A DNA stretch of 51,019 nucleotides from Octopus bimaculoides (taxonomy: Eukaryota), in assembly GCF_001194135.2 (NCBI RefSeq), contig NC_068981.1, positions 129,300,330 to 129,351,348 on the forward strand, given 5' to 3'. The first letter of the stretch is position 1. Every line of letters begins with the position of its first letter. Under the pieces are notes generated by a model. That model was not told the origin of the DNA and made no database searches. It saw nothing but the letters and a program-made list of their open reading frames with translations. This document shows, piece by piece, positions 14,501-25,712 of the stretch. Position numbers and translations under genes: made by a program.

Positions 14501-17500
14501 CAACTGCCCATTACTGAACAATTAGTCACCATGCTCAAACAATGTACATCAGTCTGCAGTTGATTATATCAATTCCTGTATTGAACTAGTACTTACAAGG
14601 GTGGCTGAAAAGTTCATCATCATCATCATCGTTTAATGTCCGCTTTCCATGCTAGCATGGGTTGGACGATTTGACTGAGGACTGGTGAACCAGATGGCTA
14701 CACCAGGTTCCAATCTGATTTGGCAGAGTTTCTACAGCTGGATGCCCTTCCTAATGCCGTGAAATCTTGCATGCATTCACTTCAACTCTTACTAATAATT
14801 GCATTGTTTCTTTTCAAATAAACTGACATCTGACTCTTCAAAGAAGGCTTCAAAAGTAACTAGTAGTGACTTCTGTGGTGTTATCAAGTACCTGCAGAAA
14901 ATAGGTTTAGTCCCCAAGGACATTCATCCTGATGTGCTTCCTACATTAGAGGATGACTCTCTAGCTTTATCAACAGTGCAAAAGTGGGCAGCTGAATTAA
15001 GGAAGGGAAGGGAGAATCCTTAAGATGACCCAAGATCTGGATGTCCTGCAACTGCCTCCACCAAGGAAAACAGGGTGATAGATGAGAGGCAACTGACTAA
15101 AATTACATAGCTAATGCAGTTAGCATATCCTGTGAGAGTTGAGAACATTCTGCGCAATGAACTTGGCATGATGAAGGTTTCTGCTTGTTGGGTGCCACAT
15201 CTGACACCTTCTGGTTAGCCATTATTAGCAACATTTTTGCATTGCACCTTGAATTAATATCTGGATCCAAAGTTTGCATCTGCTCAATCATCGTCCCAAT
15301 TTAGTTTCTCTCTCTCATCAATAACTTTTAGTCAATCAACACCAATTATGACCATTGATGATTTCATTCCACCTTTTAAATCAGTTATTAATATGTTAGT
15401 TACATCCACTGAACAACCACACTGTTGATGCCACGCTAGTAGGAATCTGACAATTTAATAATAAACACATTTCTTAATTAAAGTAATTATATATTTACTT
15501 ATTGAATACCACCAGCATTTATTCTATGAATCAATAAGAAAAACAAGACAAAAAATATCCCTACACTTCTTAAAACCTTAACATTGATACTAAGGTCAGA
15601 TACGTGAAATAAAGCACCTGTCAAGTACTGGAGTCGATAGCATCAACCCCAGTTCTTAACTGGTACTTTATTTTATCGACCCTAGAAGGATGTAATGCGC
15701 AAAGGTGACCTTGGTGGGACTTGAACTCGGAAAAAAAAAAAAGAACTGTAACTGAATACCATATAGGGACAAGGCTTAAATTTGAGGTTCAGGTATACAC
15801 AATTATACTGATACCAATATTTGACTAACAATTATTGTATAAACCCTGGAAGAATGAAACACAAAGTTGAACTATTCAGAATTCGAAATCTGAATGTGAA
15901 GGGTTCCAACAAAAATACCACATGGCAAACTACTCTCCAATTTTTTTTTTCAAAACTCGATTTAGCACTTTTAATATATTAAGAAACGAATCAATGCAAA
16001 TGAAATTTTCAAACGCTCACGCATAAACAGGATCTACAGACACGTAGAACAAAATCTAAGATAGCAGATGGGATAATACGGAACAGAATCACATGAACAA
16101 TACTATCGCAGAACTCTTCTAACTCCAGTCAGCATTAAAAAACAAATAAACAAAAAACATATAACGCATGTTAAAAGCGATAGCAATAAGGACGATAATG
16201 ATGCTAGAAATTTAAATATCATTACGGTTATAGGTTGTGAAAAAAAAACAAACAAACTATATAATCGTTCGAATTAATAGATATAGCAGCCAAATTTCCC
16301 TCAAATCACAGCCTATCATCTTCAAAATAGGAAAGACATTAAACGGGCCTGAAGAAAAAAGATGGGGGTAGTCAATGCTAATATATTTCTTTGCTCATAG
16401 GTATATTCGATAACTCGAGTGATACAACAACAACAATAAACCATAACTTTACATAAAAGTGTTTACTACAGGATACAACCACACTTAAAAAATTAAGACA
16501 TGTTAACTGACACATGGTTAGCATTATATTCTATAAGTTTATATAGTAAGCATTAGATACTGTGCGCTTTTATTCAGTAAACAAGTGGTAAATTGAATAA
16601 ATTGTTTACTCGTTAAAACTCAAGTCATATATGTTATACATATTCGCGGCAGTAATGATTATAATTGACAGAGTGACGGGAAAAAAAGCCTTCTGTAGAA
16701 CTCAATCCGATACCGCAACGAAGAGTAACTTCATTCGAATTGTTTAGAAAAGTATGAAGCTTGAAGATTAGGAACTAGGAAAATTCTAACAAAAATATGT
16801 CTCTCCTAATACATTAGCAACACGTATAAAGCATTCCATCCAAGAATTTAAACCGGCCTGCGAACAGAAAATGCCAAAGATTTACCACTGCACAAAACAT
16901 AGTGACGTGACAATTGCAATAGATTGAAGTTAATTTTGATTATTGCAACAAGTGAGTCAAGCGCAAATTCTTCAGCGAAGACCGAAAATTAGAAGAAATT
17001 GTGGAAATGCTGTAAGAAATTAATGTTTTGGTATAAGAATTAGGTAGGATCTGAAAGAAAATGATAAAGGCGAGGAAAATAAGATGTTTATAAGAATCAG
17101 TAAATAGATGGCAGCACGGAGATAATATGGTCAACAGAGGCAAATGAAAGTATCCTGTCACTGAAAAAAGAACTCTTACTTTATTGTTGACACTTTCCAT
17201 TTCTACTTACAGAAAACACTACTACTTCAAACCCAAAACGATTTAGTTACTAAAGGAATAGTTTACTAGAACCATATCAAAAACGGTTTTAAATGACAAA
17301 AATCATTATAATAATCTAAAGTTTATTTGAATAGGATCCGATAAACACAATGTGGCTACTGATGCAATATAACAAATTAGTAAATAATACAAAGATTAAG
17401 GTTAAAAGTAGATTAATCAACAAAAATAATCGCAAAACAAGGAGTCTGAGACAGAATTTTAATGAAAATAATGATGTAATTGAAGTTGGTGCAGCGAGAG

Positions 17501-17717
17501 TTCTATAGCGGCGTATCGTTAATTAGACAGCTGCAGATAATACATGTATTTATCGTTGGATACGAACGCAATACTAATTCTATTCCATACGAAAAATAAA
17601 ACAGTATCAATATTCACCGATTTCATCTTCTCTCCGTCGATGACGAAGTTCATCAATCCCACCGCAGGTGCCAGTACGGCGAGAGTAGGTTTTGAATCGC
17701 TCCTTTCGCGACGACAT
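1612..17717 (-). CDS. TMCO6: TMCO6-like importin-alpha-related IBB + armadillo-repeat protein, partial. Exons (minus): 17717-17618, 14108-14023, 11028-10916, 9909-9726, 7566-7462, 1688-1612; further exons probably beyond the left edge
   Basis: Six GT-AG exons with matching phases (1,0,2,0,0,2) give MSSRKERFKTYSRRTGTCGGIDELRHRRREDEIVIRKEKRDWILNSKRFRYDEPTDEISEQE-VIAATQDLL...-SVENVLPCLVGLFTGPDPDVQLEAAWCLTNLSAG...FLQ-DQSAWAVGNLAGDS...LINLLQ-SPVPSVVQSASFALSNLARENPSIQ. It has an IBB-like basic N-terminus and ARM motifs (EAAWCLTNL, WAVGNLAGDS). The short IBB-to-ARM spacing fits TMCO6 better than a canonical importin alpha. Confidence 0.82.
2950..3248 (+). mobile_element. tRNA-derived SINE (head type B + tail type Y), internally deleted
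   Basis: Degenerate A-box head (gtggctcagaggttagg), body ttgagcaagg...cagtccattcagctggcaaaaatgag, and tail gccttgtcacattctgtgtg...gagtgcca shared with the copy at 23982-24349. Confidence 0.8.
3576..3722 (+). mobile_element. Partial second copy of the same B+Y SINE
   Basis: Aligns by eye to 3042-3185 (cagtccactcagctggccaaaatgag...gttaattt). Confidence 0.8.
4033..4066. repeat. (GA)n microsatellite
   Basis: Directly visible run of about 17 GA units. Confidence 0.95.
4246..4255. other. Assembly gap (10 N) inside a C-run / pyrimidine-rich tract
   Basis: N run in the sequence. Confidence 0.99.
5494..5550. repeat. (TAA)n microsatellite ending in a 10-N assembly gap (5541-5550)
   Basis: Directly visible; it causes the poly-Tyr ORF in the track. 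Confidence 0.95.
6099..6410 (-). mobile_element. Full-length tRNA-derived SINE (head type A + tail type X) with target-site duplication
   Basis: The minus strand reads ggaggcgcaatggcccagtggttagg (A box)...ggtttcgattccc (B box)...tgtgatggactggcgtcccgtccag...A-rich end. Flanks are cattaaccgtatta (6085-6098) and cattaaccttatta (6413-6426), a 14-bp TSD with one mismatch. Confidence 0.9.
6514..7393 (+). mobile_element. Internally deleted mariner (DD34D) DNA transposon relic in TMCO6-like intron 5
   Basis: TIRs tgaggtggtatcaaaaagttcccagactagtt and aactggtccaggaacttcttgatatcacctcg followed by TA. Decayed transposase pieces: EQRANVKFCVKLGKSATETLNML, LHDDNA, PYLPDLASVDFYFFPK, WQECWDRCI. Confidence 0.9.
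7712..8035 (-). mobile_element. tRNA-derived SINE (family C, CORE-like ttgggcaagtgtcttct body)
   Basis: The reverse complement matches the plus-strand copy at 24920-25284 (ggcactttgggcaagtgtcttctactatagccttgggccaaccaaagccttgtgagtggatttggtagac). Confidence 0.8.
11848..13058 (-). mobile_element. Near full-length Tc1 (DD34E) transposon in TMCO6-like intron 2, inactive; 92-N gap at 12595-12686
   Basis: TIRs (ta)caggagatggacaaaataatgaaaacacc and ggtgtttccattattttgtccaacccctg. ORFs 12870-12277 and 12316-11900 encode the paired-like HTH, TVKHGGG, DDNAPIH and SPDLNIIE motifs. There is a frameshift at the C-run near 12344-12353, and the first catalytic Asp motif reads FLGKS instead of FSDES. Confidence 0.95.
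14596..15205 (+). mobile_element. 5' half of a second mariner, interrupted at about 14614-14758 by an antisense RTE 3' tail
   Basis: Begins (ta)caagggtggctgaaaagttc. Decayed HTH region GVIKYLQKIG...LSTVQKWAAELRKGREN*DDPRSG...ENILRNELGMMKVSACWVPHLT contains the mariner WVPH motif. Confidence 0.85.
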
Positions 17718-17954
17718 GAGCTAGCTCTATGACGGCTTACTTCCCTTATTTACCCTGTACCATAGTGATTACGCTCTAATCATTAAGTTATTCAGATATT
17801 TTTTTTAATTGTCAACTCTTCACTCCTTTTTTTATATGTTTTATGTTAAGTATAAGAAGTAGTTTACTTTATTCTTTAATTGCTGCTATTTTAAAATACC
17901 GTTTGAAAATCGACTGTGAGACATCCCTCTGGGAACACGGTAAATGTAATACAT

Positions 17955-18003
17955 GGTGCGAATTTTGAAATTATTTAAAAAGGCGCGATATTTGACATTT
18001 GAA
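17955..18003 (+). promoter_or_regulatory. Tandem CDE/CHR-like cell-cycle elements in the TMCO6-like/MND1 shared promoter
   Basis: GGTGCG-AAT-TTTGAA (17955-17969), GGCGCG-ATA-TTTGAC (17982-17996), and extra TTTGAA at 17902-17907 and 17998-18003, just upstream of the MND1 ATG. Confidence 0.5.
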
Positions 18004-18017
18004 AAACTGTATTAAGA

Positions 18018-21000
18018 ATGGTATGTGTTCCCTGTTATTATCTTTTCCTTTTATTTTCAATTTCTGAGCATCTCCTGTTTCAGTTGCTATTAGAGGCTGT
18101 AGTTTGTGAAAGCCCAATACTTGTAATATAATGTCTGACATCAATTCAACAGTGGAGGAACATCAAAACTTAAATCTAAAGTTAATTCTCAGCCGGTCTT
18201 ATAAAAATTTATAAAAGAAGGAACTATTGAAAACAATTCCTGTCATATCTATCGAGATAACACTCACAAGTAGAATATGTGTAGCAGTGTTTTACTATTG
18301 TCGCTTAAATTTTACATTTTGTTGTCCCAACTATGTATTCACCACTGCCGACTTTAACGCTATAGTATATACTCAATTAAAAAGTTTTAAATGTCTATAT
18401 ATTCATAATTGTAACTTTGAGTAAGGCAAAGCAAATCGGTACAAAACTGCACCGAAAAATTCCAGCAAAGGACAGCACTGCATTTATTAAATGTGTATGT
18501 CTCTCTACTTTATAAATGATTTCAGAGACAATATATTAACATTTTTTGATCAAATATTTAGAGTAGCACATTTGCAGATAAATCTGTCTGTAGAAAACAG
18601 AAATATATTAAAACGCACTCCTCAAAATAAGTATTATTTGACTTTACATCGCGGCAAGACTTCCGCCCCACAAAACAGAAACACCCTCATGGCTTAGTGG
18701 TATGAATGTTGAACAACATTTGATGTGAGTGGAAAGTGAACCAAGTGTTGTATACATTGAAGTAACCTTGAGTTGTTTTTTGGGGGGGCGGGGGGTTGTT
18801 GTTTTTAATATCAGTAATATTATTATTGCTATTATATAGTCTAAAAAGAGAGGGCTGAGTGTTGAAGAAAAGAGAAGTCGAATGATGGAATTCTTCTTTG
18901 AAAAGGTAATGTTTTTCTAAAGTCTTAATTTTTTTTCAGTATTGCTAAATTCATAAATAAAGAATATTTTTAAATGTTTAATATATCTGGAAATACAGTT
19001 CTATATTTAAGAGACGAGGAATTATGTACATTATTTACATTTGACGGATATTTGTCCTCATCTTGCTTACAACAAACAAGATGAGGACAAATATCCGTCA
19101 AATGTAAATAATGTCTGGAAATATATGTATGCCATAAAATACTGTATGTATATGCTATGAAATAAAAATTACCTGTTAATCCTTACTTATCTTAATTTGG
19201 AATAAAGTAAGATTGTGTTTTTCCATTGCATTTATCTGTAATTTCTTTATATTCTGACTGAAGGAAATTCTGTTTTTAATTGTACAAATTTGTAACTGCA
19301 ATTAGGGAATCTTGAAGAGAATGAACAGAGTTTATGTGGTGATCTTCAGTAACCCAACTGTATTGTTAATAAATATGGAAAATAATAAATATATTAATAA
19401 TAGCTTCTAACATCTGTGTAAGGCCACACTGTTTAGAAGGCACAGCTCTGCACATTCTAAGTTCGCCTGCGACAACATTGATGCCAAGCTATATCAGCCT
19501 TTGCCTCTCCCTTGAACATCAAATGCTGTGGAGAGGGGAGATGTGCTCATGGAGTTTTTATTGTAAGATATTTTAATCAACTTCCTAATTTGAGTTTTGA
19601 CAAAATGGCATAGATTATCATAAGTATTTCAGAATCTTGTCATAAGTATCAAAGCAGGTTGCAAACTACTCAGCCAAGGTTGTACTTATGACCTTCACTA
19701 CTCCTCCAAGACTGATGAAGTTAATGCTGTTAACGTTTTACTTAAACAGCTGGAAAAACAAGTACAAGGAGAGAATTCCAGAGAGCCAGTATTCTGAGGA
19801 TGAACTTTTTCTTTTAGAATATATTGAATGTAAATTTGAAACATCTGGATATTAGTATTTTGTTGACTGAATGCACATTTTGGTTTTCATTTTTTTTTTT
19901 TACTGTATATGACATTTCATTCAGAAGTCACAGGTGAAGTTTCTCAAAAGTAAGGTTAATATATACTTGGACAGTTGGCGCTTGATGGTAATACATGAAG
20001 GGAAATAGAGGGCCAATAATTTTACAGGGAATCGGTAACAAATGCAAGCAGTTACATCTAGCAAGTATAAAGGATATATGCAAGGAAGATGATATAATTT
20101 AATGTTTGCCTTCCATGCTGGCATGGATTGGATAGTTTGATGAGTTGAAGGACTACAGTGTACTCCAGTGTCTGCTTTGGCATGGTTTCAATGGCTGGGA
20201 TGCCCTTCCTAACGACCACTGTACAGGCTGCTCTTTTCACGACACTAGCACTAGTAAGGTTGCCAAGCCCTTTCAACTGATGTGTAATTTTTTTTCAAGT
20301 TTCATTTTAAAGCATGAGAAGGTTGTAACAATTTAATTTCGCTGTTTCTTTTGTAGAAAGACTTCTTTCAGTTAAAGGAGTTGGAAAAGCTCTGCCAGAA
20401 GGAAAAAGGAATTACTTCAATGTCTGTGAAAGAAATTCTAACAAGCCTTGTTGATGATGGAATGGTAGACACTGACAAAATTGGAACTTCTGTCTATTTT
20501 TGGGCATTCCCTAGCAAAGCAAGTCAAACTGTGAGGATTTTTTAAAATTTTCTATTATTATTGTTGTTGTTGTTTTATGGAATGTGTTGTGGATATTGAG
20601 TATGGTCCTTTAAATTTTGAGTTCAAATCCTGCCGAGATCAAATTTGCATTTCATACCTCTCGGACTGATACCCCTTCAATTTCTCTTGCACAACCCAGT
20701 TTAAGAAGCTCTGCTCTAAACAATGCTCAAATTTCCACCACAGAAAAGCTGGCTTGATATCTCACTGAAAACCTTAATTTTTTTTATCCATTGATGTCAT
20801 TATAACGTATCAATTAATGAGTCTGTTCTCCAGCTTATTCAAGTAGTCACAAAAATATGCTTTACTCTTTTTTTTCTCTAACAACCATACAAAAATTAAC
20901 ATAAAAAAAAAAAAATAATAAGTACAGCTGTTATAAGTTATTAGACTGTTGACCACAATGAGTTCAGACCTTTGTACAACAATAAGTAATTAATATTTAT

Positions 21001-23958
21001 TAATTAGGGCACCACTAAAGAGCTTGTCTTTTATTGTGCCTAAGGAACAAGCCAGCAATTTTCTCTGGGTTTATCAAATTTGTATATATCATTCTTACTG
21101 TCCTAGAATATTAGGATGGAAAGTTCTAACATTCATACTTTTCCCAAAAACATTAATAACATATTTCTTGTTAGACAAAAGTTTTGATAGGAAACTGCAT
21201 GCATTGAAATATAATTAAATGCTCACACTGATATTTTTATTGAATTCATTATTCAAACCAATCAATACAAACATTAAGAATAGATATTCACAAAATCATA
21301 CTCAAGCATTTAACTACTGTTAAATTATGTTCTCCTTCTGTGTCTTCAGCTAGTATGTCTATTGCCCTTTCCTCTGAAGTTAGATCATATCAAGATGAGT
21401 GGGGGGGGGGGGTCAGCCTTTATCATACAACCGTTCATAACATTTCAACTTCACTTTCTCCTCTTGCAGTTCTTTGGGTGGCAGATTTAATCTGTCACTT
21501 TTGTTACCATATTTCTATTGAAATATGCTGCTTTTTATTTCAATTAATTTTTAAAGTAATGACAAATTTAGTAAAATAACATTGCTATACCATGTATTTA
21601 GAACATAAATTAACATGAAATTTTGATAAAATGTTTTTATTTAAATCACTTTAAAACAGGTAGTGTGTATCATAGATTTCTTGTTTAAGGATTATTTCTT
21701 CCTTTCCTCCCACCAGTTTTAGAGGCACTGAAAACGGTCATGGCTACTGTCTTTCATCCTGTAAGTCACATAAAAAAAATTACTTGCTTCATTCTTTTTC
21801 AGAACAGTATTCTTGCCTAAAGGGTATTATATGTAGCAGCAGTATGAGCTTGCTATAAATAATGTAGTTTCTTAACCACATGGTCATATATTCCTAAGTA
21901 TTTAAAGACACTTAGACAACTTTGATAGTTTTATCTGATGAAACAACAATGTCTGCCTTTTATTTCAGATGAAAAAGAAGATCAATGATTTAAATAAAAA
22001 AACTGAAGACACTCTCAATAGAAAAGCATTACTGGAGAAACTAGTGACTGAATCAAAAACAAAGAGAGAAGATAATGTAATATAATTTGACATTTGTGTT
22101 GATATTTATTGTTAATGTTTTTAGGCAAGTTTATTGTTTTACATGATTTCTTTTTCAAATTTAGGAAATTATATACTTTTGGAGCAATTGTTTTTACAAT
22201 ATGAATGTATTTCCACCTGCTAATTATTCAACTATGTATTAGAAGTAAATTCTATTGTCATTCAAACAGGCTAAGTAAGCAGAGATACATACCTTACCTC
22301 AGGTACTATGATATGGTTTGAATATCATGTATTAAATACAGTAGCAAATTTCAGTCTCAACCCATAGTTCTTTAACTATACACAATCACTATTCATCTTG
22401 TACATTAAACATTGATTTCTTAGAGAAGTATAAAGCCAGAGATTTTTAAGGTAACAGAAATTTTATTATACTTTTTGTAAGAGCATACTTTATTATTTAG
22501 TAAAGAAATAATATGCATCTCTGTACATCATCATTGTTTATTGTCCTCCTTCCATACTGGCATGGGTTAGACGGTTTGACGCGCTTCCTAACACCAACCA
22601 CTCTGCAGAGTGCTTTTTACATGGCACCAACACAGGCAAGGTCAGTTTTGGCATGGTTTTTACAGCTTGATACCCTTCCAGATGATAACCACTTTACAGT
22701 GTAGACTGGGTGCTTTTTAAGTGGCACCAGCACTGGCCTTAATAGTTAAGTACAACATACCTGGTTAATTTACATAGCAGAATTGCTAATTAAACCATTC
22801 CACAGGATATAGACTCAGTCTTATACAGTAACTTTAACCTTCATTGTGCATCTCATAGCCTTGTATTTTGCATCAGTGTTAAATCTTCAACATGTCGTTA
22901 ATTTGAGAATACAACCATTAGTTTCTGTTGTGATATTGATTTAAGGTTATTTTTGTTTTAATGTGAACATCTAGGTGGTTCATGACAATAACATTATCAT
23001 CATTTAATGTCCACTTTTCATGCTGGCATGGGTTAGATGGCTTGACTGGAACTGGTAAGCTGAAGAGCTGCACCAGGTTCCAGTCTGAACTGGACTTGAT
23101 TTCCACAGTTGGATGCCCTTCCTAATGCCAACCACTTCAAGAATGAGTGAGTGCCTTTTATGTGTCACTGGCATGGGCGCTTTTACATGTCACTGGCATG
23201 GATGCTGTTTTGTATTGCCAACATGAGTGCTTTTATGTGTCACCAGCACTGACCACTATGATTTCGCATGGCTTGACAATTTTCTCAAGCACAGAAAAAC
23301 TAAATATATGTTTTAAAAATATTGCAAATTAAAATATAAGAAAAAATTTTCTTTCTCTCTCTCTCTTAGGAAGAACGTGACAATATTCTGAAAGAGCTGG
23401 AAAAAAAGAAAGAGGAAAACAAGCGGTTGATATCAGAAGTTGACTGCTACCAAGAATGTGACCCTGATGTCATTGAAGGGGTAAAGAATCAGGTCGTATT
23501 GGCTAAAGAAACAATTAACAGGTGGACAGGTAAGAAATACAATGATAGAATTTGTTTAAGTAAGTAAAATTATATTTACAATAGAGTCTATGTATATCAC
23601 CATCATCGACATCATCATCTTAAAATCTGTTACCATGTTGCATGGTTCTGACAAGTTGAGTCACAGTTTTCTAAGGCCAGATGCCCTTCTTGATGCCAAG
23701 CCCTGCTTATTTCCATACAAGGTAATAATCTCCCAATCTGACAAATAGCTTGGGCATGGTTACACAGAAAATTGGAAACAAATGACTCTGGTTAAACAAG
23801 CCTTTTTTGTTTACAATGGTCATGCAACATGTCAGGAAGCCTAGATATGCTTTCATGGTGGGCTGCAAGCAAATGACATCGTTTGCTTACAAGGCCATTG
23901 TTTACAACCAGTGAACACAGATTAAGGCACTAAGAAATATGAAAATGCACAGATACAA

Positions 23959-23990
<32 letters not shown>

Positions 23991-24557
23991 TGGCACTCCG
24001 TCGCTTATGACGTCGAGGGTTCCAGTTGATCCGATCAACGGAACAGCCTGCTCGTGAAATTAACGTGCGAGTGGCTGAGCACTCCACAGACACGTGTACC
24101 CTTAACGTAGTTCTCAGGGATATTCAGCGTGACACAATGTGACAAGGCTGACCCTTTGAATTACAGGCACAACAGAAACAGAAAGTAAGAGTGAGAGAAA
24201 GTTGTGGTGAAAGAGTACAGCAGGGTTTGCCACCATCCCTGCCGGAGCCTTGTGGAGCTTTAGGTGTTTTCACTCAATAAACACTCACAACACCCAGTCT
24301 GGGAATCGAAACCACGATCCTATGACCGCGAGTCCGCTGCCCTAACCACATATATTCATATGTACATGCATAGGAGTCTCTGAAAGTGAAAATACTTATA
24401 TACACATTGTGTGTGTGTGTTTGTTTTTATTTAATACTTTTTTTTTCCAGACAATATATTTTCAACAAAATCTTGGATTAAAAGAAAGTTTGCATTTGAA
24501 GATCGCATAATTGACAAACAGTTTGGCATTCCAGAAGATTTTGATTATATTTCATAA
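18018..24557 (+). CDS. MND1: Meiotic nuclear division protein 1 (HOP2-MND1 partner), complete, 205 aa. Exons: 18018-18020 (ATG only), 18840-18905, 20357-20530, 21969-22076, 23370-23529, 24451-24557
   Basis: Exons join in frame to 618 nt: [76 protein letters not shown]...ECDPDVIE...[40 protein letters not shown]. These are unmistakable MND1 motifs. AATAAA lies at 24779-24784. The ATG-only first exon is the least certain part. Confidence 0.97.
18996..19113. mobile_element. Penelope-tail-derived mini insertion with a perfect 38-bp inverted repeat and a 10-bp TSD (MND1 intron 2)
   Basis: Arms 19028-19065 and 19077-19114 are exact reverse complements with an 11-nt loop. TCTGGAAATA occurs at 18986-18995 and 19114-19123. 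The sequence matches the PLE tail at 44823-44875 and 46440-46516. Confidence 0.8.
22985..23290 (-). mobile_element. RTE LINE 3' tail fragment (one of more than 12 in the window)
   Basis: catcatcatttaatgtccacttttcatgctggcatgggttagatgg...ggatgcccttcctaatgccaaccac is the reverse complement of the RTE 3' UTR ending in (ATG)n. Confidence 0.8.
23982..24349 (-). mobile_element. Young tRNA-derived SINE (head type A + tail type Y), MND1 intron 5
   Basis: Same head and body as 6099-6410 (ggtttcgattcccagac...aaaacacctaaagctccac), but with tail gccttgtcacattgtgtcacgctgaat...gacggagtgccaacaacaa. Many CpGs are retained. Confidence 0.9.
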
Positions 24558-24919
24558 GAAATTGCTTTATTTAATTTTTCTGATTATTTGGTTTTGATTA
24601 ATAAAATATATTTTTTTAAATATACTTTTGCATTGTTCCAATTTTTTTAATGTAACAGATTCTGTGAATACCAGACTTAGCAGAGATAGAAAATTGTTTT
24701 ATTAGTATGTGGATATCTCAATGGGTCCCATCATATTCAGCTTGTACCTGAGGTTCTTATGTCTTTAAGACTCAAGTTAATAAATATCATGGCAGGCTTT
24801 ACTAACTGTATCTCTAATTCAGACATGATTGTCATTATTTCATTATTGACTTACATGGGGTTTTTTTTGCAATGTAATGAATTTTGTCCTGGTTTACAAA
24901 AAATTTCTTCTCCATAGAT

Positions 24920-25284
24920 GCAGGCATGGCTGTGTGATAAGAAGCTTGCTTCCCAACCACTTCAAGTTCAGTCTCACTGCGTGGCACCTTCAGCAAGTGC
25001 CTTCTACTATAGCTTTTGGTTGACCAAAGCCTTGTGAGTGGATTTGATAGACAGAAGCTGAAAGAAGCCTGTCATGTGAGTGTGTCTTTGTTTGTCCCCC
25101 ACCACCACTTGACAACTGGTGTTGGTGTGTTTACATCCCTGTAACTTACTGGTTCAGCAAAAGAACCCATAGAATAAGTACTAGACTTAAGAAAAAAAAT
25201 GACGTTGATTTGTTCGACTAAAATTCTTTCAGGTGGTGTGCCAGCATGGCTGCAATCAAATGATTGAAACAAGTAAAAGATAAG
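24920..25284 (+). mobile_element. tRNA-derived SINE, family C
   Basis: gcaggcatggctgtgtgataagaagcttgcttcccaaccac...gcgtggcacc...ccaaagccttgtgagtggatttg...gaaacaagtaaaagataaga. Further fragments occur at about 2390-2590, 4860-4980, 26770-27030 and 30820-31010. Confidence 0.8.
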
Positions 25285-25439
25285 ATTTGTTCTTAGCCTT
25301 TGCTGCTATGTCCACAAGAATTGCTTACTTTTTTTCTTTCTCTTTTTTCTTTAACAGTTCATAGCTTTTATCTCCTGTGGGCTTAGTCTTTTATTTAACT
25401 CTACAAGTGTTATGCATCCTAATCAACATTTGGTCAAAA

Positions 25440-25712
25440 AGACTCATACTCCAGAGTAGAAGTATTAAGGCCACTGCCCCTGGTGAAGAGGTTTGGCCTG
25501 CAAGAGTTCTATACAGGTGCCACATAAAAAGAACCCGTGCTGGTGTCACATAAAAGCACCCAGCACACACAGTAAAGTGGTCAGCATTGGGAAGAGCATC
25601 CAGCCATTGAAACCATGTCCAATCAGACTGGAACCTGGTGAAGCTCTCTGGTTTGCCAGCTCTGGTCAAACCGCCAGCATCAAAAACAGACGTTAAATGA
25701 TGATGATGATAA
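25440..25712 (+). mobile_element. RTE LINE 3' tail fragment
   Basis: Ends ...aaaaacagacgttaaatgatgatgatgat, preceded by gtggtcagcattgggaagagcatccagcc. Confidence 0.8.

Noticed and set aside
14675-14697. CTGAGGA-CTGG-tgaa-CCAG in RTE tails, hammerhead-like
   Set aside because: There is no GAAA after stem II (it reads ATGG).
16940-17200. ORF MESVNNK.. as the TMCO6-like first exon
   Set aside because: The exon at 17717-17618 encodes the IBB-like motif and matches the phase of exon 2; this ORF has no recognisable content.
17953-17955. Alternative ATG-only first exon for MND1 (acATG|gtgcga)
   Set aside because: Its donor is weaker than ATG|gtatgt at 18018-18020 and it overlaps the CDE/CHR-like box. 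It is not fully excluded without RNA data.
19712-19738. CTGATGA followed by a GTTAA/TTAAC hairpin, hammerhead-like
   Set aside because: It is followed by GTTT instead of the essential GAAA.
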